A DNA stretch of 64,000 bases, taken from assembly GCA_004764695.1 (NCBI GenBank), contig SMSO01000025.1:3534001-3598000 (forward strand), given 5' to 3'. Under the pieces are notes generated by a model that saw only the letters and a program-made list of their open reading frames with translations, had not been told where the DNA came from and did no database searches. Every line of letters begins with the position of its first letter. The first letter of the stretch is position 1. This document shows positions 44,801-54,657 of the stretch, one piece after another. The DNA is from Schizochytrium sp. TIO01 (taxonomy: Eukaryota; Protista; Bigyra: Labyrinthulomycetes). Both the position numbers and the translations under genes were made by a program.

Positions 44801-47800
44801 TAAAGCCCAGATCCCTGAATGGGAGCAGCCGTATGCTGGAACTATAACTGCTATACTTTCTGGTGGAAATTTCCAGGTGAATTTTGATGATGGCGAGGTG
44901 CTTTCAAATATTAAGTCCTCGCAAATGCAGGTATTGGAAGCTTCTTCAGACCCATTGACAAAGTTGGAAGGTCCCAATACATGCCCGAAGTCTGAAGAAA
45001 TTATGTTAGGTGATCGGGTCGCGGCAAAACTGGATGCTTGGAACACAGAGTACAAGGGTGTTGTAACTTCAGTACATCCCAACGGAACGTTTAAGATCGA
45101 CTTCGATGATGGTGAGATCCAAAATGCAGTTCAACGGAAGCATATAACCAAGCAACTCCCAAGCAATCACTCATATTCGGTCAATGACCAAATAATTGGA
45201 CATCTCCCTGCCTGGAATCAACCTTTTAGAGGCCAAGTTCAAGCTGTTGTTGGACGCGGCTCGTGCAAAGTAAAGTTTGAGGATGGAGAAGTAGTGGAGT
45301 TCTTTCCCTGCGAACTCATGCATCCAGACCCTGCTTCCACCATAGAGCCTCAGGCAACGAATTCGAAACCACCAACTGAGAACGGGGGTTTTCAAGACAC
45401 TGCAGAGGTTTCTAATACAGTCTCTCCAACATCGTATGGCGAGAACAAACCATTGCAACCAAAACAAAATGAAATAACAATGCAAAACAAGGCCGATGTG
45501 CAACCCAACGTTCATACAGATGTATCACCAGTAAAAGATCAAGGTCTAAATCTAGAAAAGGTTGGGGCTTTAGATTTCCGAGAAGATGTATCAAATAAAG
45601 GAGATGAGTCTATGGCTCCGATGGAAACACCTGATTCTGATGTACAGAGAGTATTGCCTCAAACTGCGATAAAGTTCAACGAGACAGCAATACTTCAGAA
45701 GAAAAATGTTAAAGCTCCTGACGAAGCTAGCATACAAGTTTTCTTGTGTATGTTTCGAGGTGTCACGCTACGCAAAAGTAGGCAGAAAGACGGAAGTATA
45801 AATGCAGATCGATCTGTAAAGGCATTTCGCAAATTTTCTCAGGGCTCAGAGGGACGTTTGAGTTTGTCAGGATTCAAAAAAGGTCTTGCAAGTTTGCACA
45901 TCGAAGATGTATCTGACGAGGTTTTGACAGAAGTGCTTTGTCGGGTTAGCAAACATTTCCCTACTGTTGAGTTTGTCACTCTTCTAGAGTTGAGTCAATT
46001 TCTCCTCTCCCAAGCACCGAACGCTGATTCTCTCGAGGGCCAATTAAGATCTCTAGTTCATCGTGGTGCAGATCTGGCAAAAGCTTTCCGAGATTTTGAC
46101 ATGGATGGCTCAGGCAAAGTCAATGCTTCAGAGCTTTGCAAAGTTTTTGCAAAGGCGTGTGGAAAACCTATGACAATGGAGAGTGCTAAAGCAATTATTC
46201 ATCAGTTTGATGCAAATGGTGATGGTGAACTTGACGAAGGTGAGTTCATGCGCTTCGCTATGCCGGATTTCGGTGTATTTGTCATGACACCAATTGGTCA
46301 ATTTTTTGCTCCACTCGATCCTGCAGCAACCTTTGCTGATGCAAGGGTGCAAATTGGTAAGCGTGCGGTGCTTGTTTTAGATCCAAGAGCACGTGAGTTG
46401 TTCGGAAAGCGCACAGTGCGTCTTGCTAGACATATGGGGATGCTAGTGCTTGAGCCTCCACAAGTAAAATCCGCAATGCTCTGTGCAGAGGTTTTGAGAC
46501 ATGGCGAACAGATTTGGGTTCTACCAGATGCTTCAAGCGAAACATTTCGCTATTTTGTGACGAACGTGAAAGAGGACTCAAAAATCAATGGGAAAGAAAA
46601 TCTTAGTAATAGTGCAAAACCTGCGCAGTTGAGAAGAGATTCGCACAGATCAAAGTCAAGGAATCCAGAAGAGAGACCCAGAGATTCACAGCTCCAAAAT
46701 ACGTTGACAACACGTAAAGGATCTCTTATTGTAGACAAGAATGACCAGGAAATAAGCCTTGCCACTCAACGTCTTGAGCAGGTATTTGAATACTTAAATA
46801 TTGGTCAGTCTGGAACTATTGATAAGAACGCTTTCATCAAAGCTGTCAAAACCAAACCTCAAATTCGAAAGTTGCTGTCGGGATCTGCAGCACTCGCTCA
46901 GCTGCGAGCAAGTCCTGAAAAGCTTCTTAAGAAAATTGATAAGCCTAGAATCCTATGCAATGATGTGACCAAAATGTTGTTTCCACAGAAGGCACTTGAA
47001 GCAAAAGATGACAGAGATAATACTAAAACAGCAGATACCAAAAATCGATGGAAAAAACTTCAACGGCAAGCATCTGCAGCTAAGGAATTTGTAAAACGAT
47101 ATAAGGATACAGGAGGCCAAGATCTAGCAGCTCACTTTGAGGAGACTCTTGGCAAAGAGGAGGTGGCTAAACTATCTCAAGAAGCCCGTGCTCGGCTCTG
47201 GAAAAGGCCAGAGGTTGCATTCGATATGCGAATTGATCCAAATGTACAATTCAATGAAGATGGCGAGCGCTTGTTAGGACAAAGTCCAACTGACACGCAA
47301 CAATGGGTAAATGCTTTATCTAGTGACCGTTGGTTAGGCTTGCAGGAGTCAAATGGGAACAAAAGGGGAAAATGTAAGTCAAATGCTCTTTCTTGGTGCA
47401 AGGCTTACACGAGCACTGCAGATTTACCTCTGGACCCCTCGACTTGGAGCGCATATGACGTGAAGAGATGGGTTATGGTGAAGCTTGAGCTACCTTCCCT
47501 AGTGGATACTTTTGAGACAATGACTGGAAAAAACCTCTTAAGCATTCGCGATGAGGACGAGCTTCCAGCAGGTACAGATACTTTACAGAGGAGAAAACTG
47601 ATCTCGCACATTGATCAACTTCGAGAGATCTACCAACTTATTCAAAAAAAGAGGAATCCTCGCACAATTAGTCAGGACCCAGAGCGTTGGTGCGTCGCTG
47701 ACGTGATTGAATGGCTTGCAAACAGTCTTGATGCACCCCGAGAAATACAGCGAGCATTTAGAGTGAGATCTGTTGATGGATGTCTTCTATTGACTCTTTC

Positions 47801-48713
47801 GCAACAAGACCTTTTAGATGAGGTTGGCCTGGATCGCGAATGGGCCAGAAAAGTTTTCCAAGCAACCCATAGTTTAACTCCTCCAAACCAGCGTCAAGCA
47901 ATACCGAAACAAAGCACAGATAGACCTGTTTGGAGTCCTCGAAGCTCCCATGTAGAGCCTGATTTCATGGATGAGCTTATACTACATGATATTCACGAGG
48001 CAATACGCCATCAACAGCAAGAACCCAGGCAAGTGGCTCAAGGGTCTGCACGCAAAGCCGTGCATACGCTTCGCAATGAGCGAGAATTCCCGGAGCTTCG
48101 GGAAGAGGCTTGCTCAATATTAAATAAATGTGTTAGTGCAATTCAACCAAGTAATTCCAGGAGAAGCGCCATTTTCAATGGGTCGGCGACAGGAAAAGAG
48201 TGCTTGAAGTGTATAGAAACTGCTCTTTTTGCTCATGGTCGACGCACAGCAGAACGTCAATTGGAAAATTGGTATCAAACAACAGACAGTTTGTCTTGTG
48301 AAGAGCTCAGCAGGTGTCTAGCTCAGCTCTTTCAGAACTCAACACTCATGAAAGGTCCTATCAATCGTCTTTGGGAAGACGTGTTAGGCCTTGGATCAGA
48401 TGATTTTCTATTTAAGGATACCGCACGAAAGGTTTTCCTCCTAGGTCACTCTGTAGAACAAATCAAACTTGAAAGCAGAAATCCATTGCAGTCTTATATT
48501 CGGGCCTTGCACGATGCCATTGGAAAGTTACACGTGTCCGACTTTAAACAACGTGTCCAGGGCAGTGCTGATGCCGAAGTCAACAGTATAGTTGCTCGTG
48601 TTGCAGACTGTAAGCGGGCATGTATAAACACACCACCCGGTGATGTTGAAACTCAGCGCCTCGTTGCTCGCCTTGAAAGAGAATTTGATCGTGCTTTGTT
48701 GGGGGAACTGTAG
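41892..48713 (+). CDS. Giant multidomain protein: 17 Tudor/Agenet-like beta-barrels, EF-hands, two SAM domains
   Basis: 17 copies of a G-x-[RK]-V-x-[AV]...W-x2-3-[YF]-x-G-x-[IV]...G-[TS]-[FY]-x-[VI]-x-F-[DE]-[DA]-G-[ED]-type unit (41960-45320); EF-hand loops DMDGSGKVNASE and DANGDGELDEGE (~46095-46245); SAM starts PSTWSAYDVKRWV and PERWCVADVIEWL...VDGCLLLTLSQQDL (~47430-47875); first ATG 41892. Confidence 0.88.
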   Translation: MGSKDSAKSEFANMAREMRAAAGGDFVVGARVEAQIEGWSQHYKGIIVKANPDGSFAIDFDDGESVEKVATTQMNIIQCQCLVEPGQRVQVKLAGYDQILEGTVLSLTGPGACSVDFDAGENIKFVPLDFVTPLALDQSASNQTISRSAKFARGDRVGAQLEGWDQEYEGIVDSITGSEKYKVLFDDGEVVEDVDESLLNIKKTYQSFESGDSIEAKIAGWDKYYKGKVVAAVGRSGYECIFDDGEHVPLIPSDLMRRGRPKLHPAGTRVLAKVAGWKTAYPGTVQSANLNGTYEILFDDGETQNAVSHEDVEKLSTEESATKNEKPSTNEEQSTSARVAKEPIPASPNKFTVHQKIEAKIPEWSQYYSGSIMGINTDGTYCVSFEDGEMIPSLEEKYMRALEFSKSNDITFAGPSEWSPGMRVKVKTPEWDDYYPGTIKKANSDGTFHVDFDDGDVVEKAKPNQMKPFETPSTASTEKTDSGASQTWKAGMRVKVKTPEWDDYYPGTIKKANSDGTFHVDFDDGDVVEKAKPNQMKPFETPSTASTKKTDSGASQTWKAGMRVKVKTPEWDDYYPGTIKKANSDGTFHVDFDDGDVVEKAKPNQMKPFETPSTASTKKTDSGASQTWKAGMRVKVKTPEWDDYYPGTIKKANSDGTFHVDFDDGDVVEKAKPNQMKPFETPSTASTEKTDSGASQTWKAGMRVKVKTPEWDDYYPGTIKKANSDGTFHVDFDDGDVVEKAKPNQMKPFETPSTASTKKTDSGASQTWKAGMRVKVKTPEWDDYYPGTIKKANSDGTFHVDFDDGDVVEKAKPSQMKPFETPSTASTKKTDSGASQTWKAGMRVKVKTPEWDDYYPGTIKKANSDGTFHVDFDDGDVVEKAKPNQMKPFETPSTASTEKTDSGASQTWKAGMRVKVKTPEWDDYYPGTIKKANSDGTFHVDFDDGDVVEKAQIGQMQALVEMNWSEGTRVKAQIPEWEQPYAGTITAILSGGNFQVNFDDGEVLSNIKSSQMQVLEASSDPLTKLEGPNTCPKSEEIMLGDRVAAKLDAWNTEYKGVVTSVHPNGTFKIDFDDGEIQNAVQRKHITKQLPSNHSYSVNDQIIGHLPAWNQPFRGQVQAVVGRGSCKVKFEDGEVVEFFPCELMHPDPASTIEPQATNSKPPTENGGFQDTAEVSNTVSPTSYGENKPLQPKQNEITMQNKADVQPNVHTDVSPVKDQGLNLEKVGALDFREDVSNKGDESMAPMETPDSDVQRVLPQTAIKFNETAILQKKNVKAPDEASIQVFLCMFRGVTLRKSRQKDGSINADRSVKAFRKFSQGSEGRLSLSGFKKGLASLHIEDVSDEVLTEVLCRVSKHFPTVEFVTLLELSQFLLSQAPNADSLEGQLRSLVHRGADLAKAFRDFDMDGSGKVNASELCKVFAKACGKPMTMESAKAIIHQFDANGDGELDEGEFMRFAMPDFGVFVMTPIGQFFAPLDPAATFADARVQIGKRAVLVLDPRARELFGKRTVRLARHMGMLVLEPPQVKSAMLCAEVLRHGEQIWVLPDASSETFRYFVTNVKEDSKINGKENLSNSAKPAQLRRDSHRSKSRNPEERPRDSQLQNTLTTRKGSLIVDKNDQEISLATQRLEQVFEYLNIGQSGTIDKNAFIKAVKTKPQIRKLLSGSAALAQLRASPEKLLKKIDKPRILCNDVTKMLFPQKALEAKDDRDNTKTADTKNRWKKLQRQASAAKEFVKRYKDTGGQDLAAHFEETLGKEEVAKLSQEARARLWKRPEVAFDMRIDPNVQFNEDGERLLGQSPTDTQQWVNALSSDRWLGLQESNGNKRGKCKSNALSWCKAYTSTADLPLDPSTWSAYDVKRWVMVKLELPSLVDTFETMTGKNLLSIRDEDELPAGTDTLQRRKLISHIDQLREIYQLIQKKRNPRTISQDPERWCVADVIEWLANSLDAPREIQRAFRVRSVDGCLLLTLSQQDLLDEVGLDREWARKVFQATHSLTPPNQRQAIPKQSTDRPVWSPRSSHVEPDFMDELILHDIHEAIRHQQQEPRQVAQGSARKAVHTLRNEREFPELREEACSILNKCVSAIQPSNSRRSAIFNGSATGKECLKCIETALFAHGRRTAERQLENWYQTTDSLSCEELSRCLAQLFQNSTLMKGPINRLWEDVLGLGSDDFLFKDTARKVFLLGHSVEQIKLESRNPLQSYIRALHDAIGKLHVSDFKQRVQGSADAEVNSIVARVADCKRACINTPPGDVETQRLVARLEREFDRALLGEL
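43151..44743 (+). repeat. Coding tandem repeat, 210-bp (70-aa) unit, ~7.6 near-identical copies (8 Tudor-like cores)
   Basis: atgggatgactactatcc recurs at 43181, 43391, 43601, 43811, 44021, 44231, 44441, 44651 (exact 210-bp period); only a few variable sites. Confidence 0.98.
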
Positions 48714-49151
48714 AACTCAAGAATCTTTCTATATGATCTAGTTTTTCATCATTGACAATTTTGTAAGTATCATAACATATTGGTAAGACAATTGACCTTC
48801 TATATTAGATTGTGTCTGGCAAATTTGTCGAAAGAAAGGAGATTTGCATCCAATAAATATTAATTTTTCCAAAGCTTTTGACAACATGTGATAGGCCTCT
48901 TAATTTTAAAAAATGAGAGAGATAAAAGTAAAAAAGAAAAAAAGGTAAAAAGTAAAAAGTAGAAGAGAAATAGAATAAATTGACAGAATATTTATGCACA
49001 ACTAAATTGGATTCGAATATTGATCTTTGTGCCAAGCGCAAAATTCCCATGAATACTTCTAGAAATGACTTCAAGGCGAGGAATGGTGTTTTTGGAGCGG
49101 AATTCCAAATGGTAGTGCAACTCAGCTAGCATTCACAAATATGAAGCATGT

Positions 49152-49862
49152 CTAGCGGTACGACAGTTTTGAGCTTATGGATGAAGACCGAGGTAAATCC
49201 TCGACAGAGATGCTATCTTCCTCCTCTTCAAATTTTGCACGAGGCTCGGCATTTGGTATAGGCAAAGTACTGCTTTGAATGAGTGCACGTGAATACTTTT
49301 CTGCGTACAGCTTAAGGAGACCAATAGGATTAATGATTGGTCTGAGCAACCTCGCCTTTAAAAGAGCCTCGTTGTAAGGCTCGCGAAGCTTGTGCATGAG
49401 AACGAGAACTCCCGTAGTTCCTGCTCGGTGAGCCCCAGCGAGACAGTGCACAAGAACAGATTCTCCATTCTCCAGACCAGTATCAATGAAATCTAGTACT
49501 GGAGCAGAGAAGGCAAGGATTTCAACATTTGATCTTGAATCCCCTACCTCCTGCATCCAGCCAGCAATTCGAAATTGAAAGTACTCCATGCCATCCTCCT
49601 CTGAGAAATAATTGGGCAAATCAGTTGTACAGTTCACAACACGCTTAATATTCTTCTCCTGCAAGAGCTCCCAGTTCGAAGCAGCATTCTTGTTCCCCAC
49701 GTAGACGGTACCGCCCGTTTCCGGGTTCCGATAGATGGCGTCAAGGTCATGATACCGTTGCCGAGTCTCAGGTTCAAGGTGCAGCGACTCAAAGATGCGT
49801 TGTGCTTCTTCGGAAAATTGCTTGTCGCCCTCCCGGGCCGAAGGTCTCAAGATTTTCCACAT
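49152..49862 (-). CDS. Dual-specificity protein phosphatase
   Basis: VYVGNKNAASNWELLQEKNIKRVVNCT, P-loop VLVHCLAGAHRAGT (Cx5R), RPIINP; first ATG at 49862. Confidence 0.9.
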   Translation of the reverse strand: MWKILRPSAREGDKQFSEEAQRIFESLHLEPETRQRYHDLDAIYRNPETGGTVYVGNKNAASNWELLQEKNIKRVVNCTTDLPNYFSEEDGMEYFQFRIAGWMQEVGDSRSNVEILAFSAPVLDFIDTGLENGESVLVHCLAGAHRAGTTGVLVLMHKLREPYNEALLKARLLRPIINPIGLLKLYAEKYSRALIQSSTLPIPNAEPRAKFEEEEDSISVEDLPRSSSISSKLSYR

Positions 49863-51131
49863 CTTCTCAGCCAGGAGGTGCTGCTTTGCAGGTCTGCTGC
49901 TCCGCAAGAAGTCTTTTTCACAACATGGTAGTCTGCCGTGCACTAACTATTACATTACGCCACTCCTACTGCCATTTACAACCAGCATTGCTACCACACC
50001 TCTTACTCGTCGCTACTAGATGCTACCCTCTTTCCCTATGACTAGGTTTAGCAACCACGGTTTGCCTGATCAATGCTCGTGACGGGCGCGTGGCAATTAA
50101 TGAGCGTCGAGACCTCACGATTTCCCATTATTTCTGGTCCCAGGAGATTAGCAAAGTGCTTGCGAGAATGTGCAGTGCTCTATGGGGAAGAACCATGGCT
50201 GGCTGCCGACAAATCATCTAGCTCGAAAACCAGTTTGATGAGGCAAGAGAACTAGCCTGTACGTATTTGGTTTCCAGCATAAGGTTCGAGTTTCGGATAT
50301 CAATATCAAATATTGCAACAACACTGACCGCACTGGGGGGACTCTAACCCCTCTCATAAGAAAGTCTTAGTGTACCAAGGTGTTATTTAAAAGCTCAACA
50401 ATTGAATGATCTTAGCTCGACGAAGAAGTCGACGACGAGGAATCTATGGTTCAAACAGAATCTGATATCTTCAGAGCAGAGAAAGTCCACAATATCGAAC
50501 CCTGTAAATGTAAAGCCTAGGGCGCGAGATTATTCTAATGACCAGCGAGTGAAATCAACCTGCCAACAGAGGGGGCGCAATCTGTCACCCACACCCAGCT
50601 TCAATGATTTATAAAATTACATGAACGTGTGCAATTTGCTCTTCTACCCTATCCTTCTGCTACCTCTTAACTGTTAAGGTTTAGCATAAGAGGCTAGTTA
50701 GGAGTTCATGTGAACTTTTACATCCAGGTATTCCAGAAATGAGATAAGCTGCACCTTGTTGAATTGATAGCACAAACTGGTATGTATAAGTTTTGCATGA
50801 ACACGATCAAAGAGTTCAGGGGGGTGGGAATATTCGGCGCTAGAAGAGCAAGATTAAGTATTTAATACTGGTAAGATTTCTTTAATTTATAATTTAACGT
50901 AACAAAAGGTTTGGAACTAGCCCCTCTGATAGACATGAGCAAGTACTGCTCTAAGAAGCTGCAAATACATAAGGAAGAAGATAAAGAGCCAAGTATTCAT
51001 ACATAAAAGTAAGAGCGCAACGAAACATATGCTAACAAGAAATGTAAATAGATCTCTCTTTATATGCTCGTGCAGCATCCTGAATGTTGAGAGGTAATGT
51101 ACTGTGGCATCAGACACAGGATATTATCTTT

Positions 51132-52199
51132 CTATTCATTGTTTTTGAATTGAAAAACAAATTTGAAGAAGTCAACAAATTTCCCTAAGATTTTTCCAGA
51201 AACCTGCATAACAGGGAAGAATGCATCCCCTAAAACGTGAAAGTAGAGCATATTGATCTTTGCTAAAAGTGTCCAAACAACGTTTGCCTCAGGAGCCCAG
51301 CGTTCGTCCAGATGAACTCGACCGCGAGGATGGCATGCAACCCGTTCCCACCACCCTTTTCTGAAAGTTGGGAGAAAAGTGATTTTTGAGAGCCACTTGC
51401 AGCTCTTCCAGCCAAAAAGCTGTGGAAACACAAAACGAATGCCACCATGTTCAATGTCTAAAGGTTGCCCATCTCCCGTGGCAATAGCAAAGAAACCATC
51501 CGAAATATCATCCCTGTGTACGGGAACTTGGTAACCTTCTGGACTTTCTTGAAACATCCATCGCCAATTCACCGGCCAAGCATTAGCGCCATACTTTGCC
51601 TCTGCTTTTTCTTGGACAATGCGTAGAAAAATAGGCACTGGTACACCTGTAAAGGCCAAGCCTTTAGTGCTCCATCCTGTAACACAGTTCCATGTAACAT
51701 CCTGGTATACTTGTGCATGTTCTTTGAGATCTTCAAGTTTGATTTTCATTGCCGAATCAAGCAAAGAACTACTGCCATCTTCAGAAATACCGTCAAGGCA
51801 TATGCTTAGCTCCCAGGTGCTCTCGAGCAGAGAGTATTGCTCAGGGGTCGGCCTATTGCCAAGGTCCAGGACAATCCAAGTTTTGGCAAGGATTTGGCCC
51901 GCAGGAAGGCCTTGAACTTTTCTTTGAGGTTTTCCTTGTTTCTCTTTCTCCATAGAGCGTTGTCGAAGTTTTTGCTTTTTCTCAATCATCGCACGTACCG
52001 CTGCGTTTTCTGAGGTGTTCACATCGTCGTCCACGTCAAAGTCAAATTTCGCGCCGCTCCCGCCCTTGCCTACAAACAGCAAAACACCAGCCAGGAATGC
52101 AAAGAACAACATCGTCGATCCAATGTACTTGACAAGCGTTAACGTCACGCTTAACGCTGTGTCTGAGGCGATGCCAAAAGAGGTTGTCATGGAGGTCAT
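51132..52199 (-). CDS. Sulfite-oxidase-family molybdopterin-dependent oxidoreductase (YuiH/MsrP-like catalytic domain), membrane-anchored
   Basis: Mo-ligating Cys motif WNCVTGWS...FTGVP, LDIEHGGIRFVFPQLFGWKSCKWLSKITF, KGWWER...RG...DERW; N-terminal TM MLFFAFLAGVLLFVG; first ATG 52199. Confidence 0.88.
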   Translation of the reverse strand: MTSMTTSFGIASDTALSVTLTLVKYIGSTMLFFAFLAGVLLFVGKGGSGAKFDFDVDDDVNTSENAAVRAMIEKKQKLRQRSMEKEKQGKPQRKVQGLPAGQILAKTWIVLDLGNRPTPEQYSLLESTWELSICLDGISEDGSSSLLDSAMKIKLEDLKEHAQVYQDVTWNCVTGWSTKGLAFTGVPVPIFLRIVQEKAEAKYGANAWPVNWRWMFQESPEGYQVPVHRDDISDGFFAIATGDGQPLDIEHGGIRFVFPQLFGWKSCKWLSKITFLPTFRKGWWERVACHPRGRVHLDERWAPEANVVWTLLAKINMLYFHVLGDAFFPVMQVSGKILGKFVDFFKFVFQFKNNE

Positions 52200-52785
52200 G
52201 GCGAAACGATCAGGCTGCTCTTCCAAAGAAAGAATTTACGCACGGACAGCACGTGTCTTGAGTCTAAAAGAGGGAAGTATGCTACCAAGTGGCATCCGTG
52301 CGCAGCTCAGGACGAAGAAATGAAGCAAGAAGGAGACTAGTTCGTTCTGATGCTACGCATTAATTTTCTAATTATTTTTAATAAATTTGGGTTTGCGCGA
52401 TCCCCGCCTTAAACGCAAACATTAGTTAGCATAGTTGAGTTAGGCCTACTACCACCATGTGTACCAAGTTATTACTTTATCGCATATTCCCTTCCTTGTT
52501 GCATGTTCCGTGCTACGTGATGAGGCATCTCCAGGGCCGGGAAATTGGAGAACTCCATTCATTAATTTGACATGCTTGTTAGATATGAACAACCATTGGC
52601 TGATAGCCTCAGAAGTACATATAACATCTCTTCGCATATGCGAGGATTGATTTGTTCCACCGGCTAACTCATTCAACAAACATTATAAGATGAGGGTGAC
52701 ATTGCGATAACAAGCACTGTAAATATAAAGCTATATGAGATTTTTGACAATATTAAGTTAATTTGATTGCGTTTAAGCTGTGTGC

Positions 52786-54657
52786 TTACAAACCCTTACG
52801 AATGAAGTCAGCGCAGCGTTCACCAACCATGATGCTAGGAGCGTTCGTGTTACCAGAGGGAACCTCAGGCATGACACTGGCATCCGCGACGCGTAGGTTC
52901 TTAAATCCCTTGACCTTGAGAGTCTTGGCATCGGTGACCACGGTAGGGTCATCGAGTCTGCCCATTTTGGCGACTCCGACGGGATGATAAATAGTAAAAC
53001 TTCCTGTACGAATCTCCTCAATGATGTACTCATCGGAGTCAGGATGGTGCTCTGAGTATGGGTTGACAATTCGAGGGCCAAGATGGTCCTTAAATGCACT
53101 TGACTTCTCGGCGATGTCCATGCACTTGCGGTAGCAGTAGAGCATCATCTTGACATCATCCTCATCCTCAAGGTATCTTGGGTTTACTTTGGGGTGATCA
53201 AAAGGACTGCTGGAGCGAAGAGTAACTTCACCTTTGCTTTTTGGACGAACAAGAGAGGGAAGGAGAACAGCACGTGCCGGAGGTCCGAGATCATCATACC
53301 TGGGCTGGGACATGTCAATTCCAAAGTTACGTTGCGTCAGATCTTTGTCATTTGAGCAATACGGAGTGAAGTGAATCTGTAGGTCGTTGCCATCCTCCTC
53401 GGGGCGAATGCCGGATCGAAAGAATGCCATAGCAGTCACGAAAGGAATAGTAAATGTACCTTCGCCCTTAACATAGTAGTCCCAAAAGCCTTGAAGAATC
53501 TCAAGCGGTTTTCCAGCAAACGAAGGCACATGATCCTTGATGCCGTATTCCATAAACATTAAGAGATGGTCAGACAAGTTCTTTCCTACAGGTAAATCAG
53601 CAACGCAAGGGATATTGAATTTGGCGAGCTCCTCCTTAGGTCCAATGCCACTCAACATAAGGATCTGGGGAGTGTGAACAGAGCCAGCGGAAAGGATGAC
53701 CTCCTTGCGGGCACCAACATAACGCGCTGGAATGGCTTCGGTCTTCAGCGTTTCTGCGTCATAATTACCGCATTTGAAGACAACACCAGTGGCAATATCT
53801 CCTTGAGTTACAATTTTAGTAACATGTGCAAAGGTCATGACGGTAAGATTTGGGCGCTTGAGGGCACCTGTTTCGTATAGAAACATAGAGGCAGTATCGT
53901 TACGCTTGCCGTCCGAAACACTAATCTGAGACAAGCTTGCACCGGTCTGTTCTGGACCGTTGTAGTCATGGGGGCCTCGGATTCCTTGCTCGTCGCAGGC
54001 AGCAACAAAACGAGCGGAGGTATCTTTCGCAGGAAACTTGTGACGAGGGTCGTTGACGTCCGAGACTTTCAATGGGCCCTTACGTCCATGGAACTTCTCA
54101 TCATGATGACCTTGCTGCATCTTTTCACTGGTCAGAAGGTTCTCGGACTTGATGAAATAGGGAAGACACTCCTCATAGCTCCAGCCGTCGCAGCCAAGCT
54201 CATTTGCCCACTGGTCATAATTGCGCGGGTCGCCACGCACATATACCATGTAATTGATGCTTGAAGATCCTCCAAGACCTTTTCCACGGGGCCAGTGGCT
54301 AACACGGTTTTCTTGGTGTTCCTGCGGCTCCGAGCGAATAGCCCAGTCGAATGGGCTGTTCTGCATGGTTGGGCAGGTAAGCATGGGATGACGCACTTGA
54401 AAATTCTGATTATCTCCACCAGCCTCGAGGAGTAGCACAGAGACCTTGGGATCTTCACTGAGCCGTGAGGCTACAACACAGCCTGCGGAACCAGCTCCAA
54501 TTACAATATAGTCGAATTCGCTGGGCAGATCTCCCCCGTTTTGCAGGCCAGAAGTTTCTTGGGCATGAACTCCCTCAGCCTTAAACTGTGCATTTTCCTT
54601 GGCTCCGTACAGATGTCTCGCAAGCTTTTGCACACGACGTGCTCCTTCGCCCTCCAT
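52786..54657 (-). CDS. GMC oxidoreductase (choline dehydrogenase/alcohol oxidase family), paralog 1, with PTS2
   Basis: FAD-binding DYIVIGAGSAGCVVASRLSE, RGKGLGGSSSINYM, TIYHPVG (catalytic His), LRVADASVMP...GNTNAP (catalytic Asn). Confidence 0.96.
   Translation of the reverse strand: MEGEGARRVQKLARHLYGAKENAQFKAEGVHAQETSGLQNGGDLPSEFDYIVIGAGSAGCVVASRLSEDPKVSVLLLEAGGDNQNFQVRHPMLTCPTMQNSPFDWAIRSEPQEHQENRVSHWPRGKGLGGSSSINYMVYVRGDPRNYDQWANELGCDGWSYEECLPYFIKSENLLTSEKMQQGHHDEKFHGRKGPLKVSDVNDPRHKFPAKDTSARFVAACDEQGIRGPHDYNGPEQTGASLSQISVSDGKRNDTASMFLYETGALKRPNLTVMTFAHVTKIVTQGDIATGVVFKCGNYDAETLKTEAIPARYVGARKEVILSAGSVHTPQILMLSGIGPKEELAKFNIPCVADLPVGKNLSDHLLMFMEYGIKDHVPSFAGKPLEILQGFWDYYVKGEGTFTIPFVTAMAFFRSGIRPEEDGNDLQIHFTPYCSNDKDLTQRNFGIDMSQPRYDDLGPPARAVLLPSLVRPKSKGEVTLRSSSPFDHPKVNPRYLEDEDDVKMMLYCYRKCMDIAEKSSAFKDHLGPRIVNPYSEHHPDSDEYIIEEIRTGSFTIYHPVGVAKMGRLDDPTVVTDAKTLKVKGFKNLRVADASVMPEVPSGNTNAPSIMVGERCADFIRKGL
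54610..54636 (-). other. PTS2 peroxisomal targeting nonapeptide RVQKLARHL (GMC paralog 1)
   Basis: Residues 8-16 match R-[LVI]-x5-H-L. Confidence 0.85.

Noticed and set aside
49155-49175. SKL near the phosphatase C-terminus
   Set aside because: Followed by SYR, so it is not terminal and not a PTS1
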